The position numbers and the translations under genes were made by a program. Below, in pieces: positions 60,128-64,000 of a stretch of 64,000 bases of DNA (position 1 is the first letter of the stretch; every line of letters begins with the position of its first letter). The notes under the pieces are model-generated. The model did not search any database. It was given only the letters and a program-made list of their open reading frames with translations, and was not told the DNA's origin. Where the stretch lies: the NCBI GenBank assembly GCA_965242925.1, contig CBDEUM010000038.1, positions 160,001 through 224,000 on the forward strand, in the 5' to 3' direction. This DNA is from Roseibacillus sp. Its GTDB lineage: Bacteria > Verrucomicrobiota > Verrucomicrobiia > Verrucomicrobiales > Akkermansiaceae.

Positions 60128-63100
60128 ATGAAACGACTCAAATCGATCCTCACAGGGCTTTCGCTTGCGACGGGCGTTCTGCTTGCTCATTCGCTTGGGG
60201 CCCAGACTCCTCCTGAGCTGGAATCAGTCCGGTTTTCGGGCCCGGAACTCACTCCGTGTCCTGCCTGCCTGTGCGCGGCCCCCACCGGAGAGGTCTTTGT
60301 GGGCGTGGACATGCTCGGTTCACTGGGGAAGGGGCCCGGGAAGGGTAAGATCGTGCGCCTGGTTGATGCCGATGGAGACGGAAAACCGGAGAAGAGCACG
60401 GTTTTCGCCAAGATAGACAATCCTCGTGGCCTGATCTCGATCGGCAGGAAGCTCTACATCCTGCATACGGTCATTCCCGCCAGTAGCGGAAAATTGGAAG
60501 CAATGCATCTCTCGGTCCTGGAAGACAAGGACTGGGATGGAGTGGCCGACGGGGAGGGGAAGATCCTGGTTTCCAACGTGAGTCCACCCAAGCACAATCA
60601 GGCCCGCGGGGCTGATCACACCACCAATGGTATTCGACTGGGGATCGACGGGTGGATCTATATTGCGGTGGGCGACTTTGGAATCGTCGGTGCCAGGGGA
60701 ACGGATGGCAGGGAATTGACCATGCTGGGCGGTGGTGTAGTGCGCGTGCGTCCGGATGGAAGCGAGATGGAGCTCTACACCCACGGTCTGCGCAATATCT
60801 ACGACGTCGCGATCGATCCTCTCATGAACATGTTTACCCGGGGGAATACCAACGACGGGGGAGGGTGGAACATTCGCTTCATTCATCACATTCAATCCGG
60901 GCAGTATGGCTACCCGATGCTTTTCAAGCACTTCACGGACGAGATCATTCCTGCGTTGCAGGATCTGGGAGGGGGGTCGGGAACGGGAGCGCTCTTCCTC
61001 CAGGAGCCAACCTGGCCGGAGAAGTTCAACAATGTGCCCATGATGTGTGACTGGGGACGGAGCCAGCTCATCATTCATCGCCTGACGCCCGATGGAGCGA
61101 GTTTCACCCAGAAGCCGGAAAACTTCATTCGCCTTGCGCAGATTGCGGATGTGGACGTGGATGGCTCCGGCAGATTGTATGGGGCGGCCTGGGATGGAGC
61201 GGGTTACTCGGGCAATCCCAAGAAGGGCTACGTGCAGCGCTACGTTCCCAAAGGGTGGAAGTTCCGGCGATTTCCTGATCCTGCAAAACTCAAGGACAAG
61301 GCTCTGGTAGAACTTCTTCGTTCGGCCAGTGCGACGGCGCGGACGGCAGCATCCCAGGAGTTGCTTAACCGGCCTGCAGTCGCGAAGAATGTAGCCGCGG
61401 TGGCAGTCGACAGGACGGCTTCCCTGGAGTCGCGGGTCGCAGCCATCTTCACTTACAAGCAGATGGAGGGAGCCAGGGCCAATGCTGGATTGATCAGATT
61501 GGCTGCCGATCCTGCCGTAAGGGAGTGGGCCCTGCGTGCCCTCACCGACCGCAGGACGCAGTTGGCCGGGGTGTCCAAGGACCTCTTCGTCTCCGCATTG
61601 AAGGACAAGAATCCCCGCGTGCAGTTGGCGGGCGCGGTGAGCCTGGGCCGATTAGGCGACGTGTCGGCAGCGAAGGATCTTCTGGCGGCGACTATGGTGA
61701 GCAATAGCGAGGAGTCGGCCCTTGAAGGCCCCAAGCCACCGGTTTTCCAGAGCAAGGTCATCGGTAAGAAGGAGACGGTCACCATCGATGTGGATGTTTC
61801 CAAATTCAAGGAGCTCTACCTCATGGTTGCTGACGGGGGCAACGGGACCAGCACGGATCACGCTGCCTGGTTCGAGCCCGTGTTTGTTGACGCTGCCGGC
61901 AAAAAAATGAAACTCCAGTCCCTCAAATGGAAGTCAGCCAAGAGTGGATGGGGCCGGATCGGATTTGGAGTGAGCGCAACCGGTATTGCCCTCAAGACCC
62001 ATGACGGGAAGAGGGCTCCAACCGGACTGGGAACCCATGCGGAATCTCTGATCATCTATGATGTTCCGAAGGGAGCGATCCGCTTCCAGGCGACCGGTGG
62101 GCTGGCCTCGACTTCCCAGCGCGGCACGGTTCAGTTCATTGTCAGTGACTCCAGGCCTGCAAGCAGTGCCGGTGGCCCGGGCAAGGAAGGAGATCATGCA
62201 ACACCCAATCCTGAGATCCTGTTGTCCCATCTGGCGGTGAAAGCCCTGGTAGATCTCAAGGCGACGGATGCCTGTCTGTCTGCTGTCAACACCGATAACG
62301 GGAAGGGGGCTCTTTGGGCTCTGCGCCTCATGCATGATCCCAAGGGAGTGCAGGGGTTGATGGACCTGTATAGTTCGGTGCCCACAAACGGAGCGAGGCT
62401 TGGGATCCTGACAGCTCTCCTGCGTCTCTACCACAAGGAGCTTCCCTACGATGGTTCGTGGTGGTGGGGAACGCGTCCCGATACTCATGGCCCCTACTAC
62501 AAGTACGGAACCTGGGAAGAGTCTGAGAAGATCAGGCAGTTTGTGCATGAGGCCTTCCGGAGTGGTGATCTCGCCCTGCGGAGCGCGATTGTGCGTGCGG
62601 TTTCAAGACACCGGGTTGGTTTCAAGGGAATCAATGACACGGTGGCGGCCAAGACCCCTATCAAGCCGGCTGATCCCACGGTCGATCTGGCCAGCATCGC
62701 GGCCAGGAAAGGGCAGATCGGCAAGATGTCGATCGAGGATGTGCTGCTCATCCTGAAGAGGGCCAAGGGTGAGGTGGCAAAGGGCAAGGAGGTTTTCACC
62801 CGCCAGGGATGCATCGTTTGCCACACTACTGAGAAAGGCCAGCCGCTGAAGGGACCCTTCATGGGACAGGTCGGGGCGGTTCTTTCACCGGAGCAGATTG
62901 CGGAGTCGATCCTCAAGCCAAATGCTTCCATTTCGCAGGGTTTTGCTACGGTGCAGGTCACCACCAGGGACCAGAAGGTCTACGTGGGTTTCGTGACGGC
63001 ACAAAGTGCGGAGGCCATCGAGATTCGGGATATCACCGGCAAGGTGTCTCGGGTCAAGGTGGACAATATCAAGGAGCGCAAGGAGCTCGACATATCGATG

Positions 63101-63181
63101 ATGCCGGGCGGTCTGTCCGATGCGCTGAGCATTGAGGAGTTTGCCTCGCTGGTGGCCTTCCTGGCCTCCCAGAAGGGGTGA
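60128..63181 (+). CDS. PVC-type haem-binding CxxCH protein with internal NPCBM/NEW2-like domain
   Basis: Signal peptide; DGWIYIAVGDFG, GLRNIYD propeller; HEAT-like repeats; DGGNG...DHAAW, GLGTHAES (NPCBM-like); CIVCH, SMMP. Confidence 0.88.
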   Translation: MKRLKSILTGLSLATGVLLAHSLGAQTPPELESVRFSGPELTPCPACLCAAPTGEVFVGVDMLGSLGKGPGKGKIVRLVDADGDGKPEKSTVFAKIDNPRGLISIGRKLYILHTVIPASSGKLEAMHLSVLEDKDWDGVADGEGKILVSNVSPPKHNQARGADHTTNGIRLGIDGWIYIAVGDFGIVGARGTDGRELTMLGGGVVRVRPDGSEMELYTHGLRNIYDVAIDPLMNMFTRGNTNDGGGWNIRFIHHIQSGQYGYPMLFKHFTDEIIPALQDLGGGSGTGALFLQEPTWPEKFNNVPMMCDWGRSQLIIHRLTPDGASFTQKPENFIRLAQIADVDVDGSGRLYGAAWDGAGYSGNPKKGYVQRYVPKGWKFRRFPDPAKLKDKALVELLRSASATARTAASQELLNRPAVAKNVAAVAVDRTASLESRVAAIFTYKQMEGARANAGLIRLAADPAVREWALRALTDRRTQLAGVSKDLFVSALKDKNPRVQLAGAVSLGRLGDVSAAKDLLAATMVSNSEESALEGPKPPVFQSKVIGKKETVTIDVDVSKFKELYLMVADGGNGTSTDHAAWFEPVFVDAAGKKMKLQSLKWKSAKSGWGRIGFGVSATGIALKTHDGKRAPTGLGTHAESLIIYDVPKGAIRFQATGGLASTSQRGTVQFIVSDSRPASSAGGPGKEGDHATPNPEILLSHLAVKALVDLKATDACLSAVNTDNGKGALWALRLMHDPKGVQGLMDLYSSVPTNGARLGILTALLRLYHKELPYDGSWWWGTRPDTHGPYYKYGTWEESEKIRQFVHEAFRSGDLALRSAIVRAVSRHRVGFKGINDTVAAKTPIKPADPTVDLASIAARKGQIGKMSIEDVLLILKRAKGEVAKGKEVFTRQGCIVCHTTEKGQPLKGPFMGQVGAVLSPEQIAESILKPNASISQGFATVQVTTRDQKVYVGFVTAQSAEAIEIRDITGKVSRVKVDNIKERKELDISMMPGGLSDALSIEEFASLVAFLASQKG

Positions 63182-63328
63182 AGGGTGTGGGCACAGGACA
63201 TTTTCGGGCGTCATTCCGGGAGCCTGAACCTACCCTGTTGGCATTCGAAGGTTCTCTGCAGGGTCCCTTTCACGTGAGGGAGGGCCCTCCCCGGGAATTG
63301 TGTGTGATATCTGAAAAGTAGCTCACGG

Positions 63329-63358
63329 TTGACAGGCTGGTGGGAGGGACGCCAGATT
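63329..63358 (+). promoter_or_regulatory. Putative sigma70 promoter of pfp
   Basis: TTGACA-N18-CAGATT, 11 nt before the ATG. Confidence 0.4.
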
Positions 63359-63369
63359 GCGCCTTTCTC

Positions 63370-64000
63370 ATGCCCAAGAAGATTGCATTTCTTACTGCCG
63401 GCGGTCTTGCGCCCTGCCTCTCCTCGTCGATTGGCGGGCTCATTGAAAAGTATAACGAACTGGAGCCTGAGGCAGAATTAAGCGGTTACCTCAACGGCTA
63501 CCAGGGACTCCTCCATGGGCGGAGCATGTCGTTTCCTGCGGAGGTGAAGGATAAACATGAGATTCTTTACCGGTTTGGGGGCAGTCCGATTGGGAACAGC
63601 CGGGTGAAGCTTACCAACGTGGAGGACTGTGAGAAGCGCGGTCTGGTGCAAGCCGGCGAGGAACCGCTCAAGGTGGCGGCGGAGCAACTTCAGAAGGATG
63701 GCATCGACATCCTTCATACCATTGGCGGTGACGACACCAATACCACTGCCGCTGATCTGGCCGGATATCTGCACGATAACGGCTACGAGTTGACCGTGGT
63801 GGGATTGCCCAAGACGGTAGACAACGATGTCTTTCCGATCGTGCAGACCCTGGGGGCCTGGACGGCAGCTGAACAGGGCGCGGTTTTCTTTGAAAACATT
63901 GCCAACGAAAACACGACCAGTACGAGGCATCTCATTATTCACGAGGTGATGGGCCGTCACTGTGGTTGGCTCACTGGTGCAACCGCCGAGGCCTATCGCA
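63370..64000 (+). CDS. pfp: Pyrophosphate-dependent phosphofructokinase (3' end outside window)
   Basis: Not in the ORF track. Hand translation: MPKKIAFLTAGGLAPCLSS, GGSPIGNSRVKLTN, IGGDDT (Asp typical of PPi-dependent enzymes), LPKTVDND, EVMGRHCGWL. Confidence 0.93.
   Translation, partial: MPKKIAFLTAGGLAPCLSSSIGGLIEKYNELEPEAELSGYLNGYQGLLHGRSMSFPAEVKDKHEILYRFGGSPIGNSRVKLTNVEDCEKRGLVQAGEEPLKVAAEQLQKDGIDILHTIGGDDTNTTAADLAGYLHDNGYELTVVGLPKTVDNDVFPIVQTLGAWTAAEQGAVFFENIANENTTSTRHLIIHEVMGRHCGWLTGATAEAYR

Noticed and set aside
79..63960. Many long antisense or overlapping ORFs (for example 777..1805, 7444..8487, 34678..35898, 48729..50000, 54586..55905)
   Set aside because: Shadow ORFs of real genes in GC-rich DNA, with no recognisable motifs.
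1..64000. CRISPR arrays, tRNA (including tRNA-Sec), rRNA, IS elements, prophage or defence genes
   Set aside because: None recognised; intergenic gaps are short and show no repeat-spacer or cloverleaf pattern by eye.

Overview
GC-rich bacterial chromosomal DNA with a gene content typical of the PVC superphylum, most likely a Verrucomicrobiota member. This is an inference from four DUF1501 + DUF1549/DUF1553 modules, planctomycete-type cytochrome c domains, two PVC-type haem-binding CxxCH dehydrogenase-like proteins, SHD1, ThuA and DUF1080 proteins, and a sulfatase. About 40 densely packed CDS are present. I saw no rRNA, tRNA, CRISPR array or mobile element. The standout signal, missed by the ORF track, is a 118-aa glutaredoxin-type ArsC-family gene (23981-24337). 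Its catalytic Cys12 codon is an in-frame TGA followed by a bacterial SECIS-like hairpin, so it is a probable selenoprotein. Other points of interest: a membrane-anchored Hanks-type kinase with a degenerate active site (probable pseudokinase), an aminotransferase-glcDEF glycolate operon, a CE15-FGE domain fusion, an exported thiol-dioxygenase-like cupin and an 850-aa orphan secreted protein. Four genes are broken by six +1 insertions in short base runs, most likely sequencing or assembly errors. All family assignments are by eye from motifs; no database search was run.
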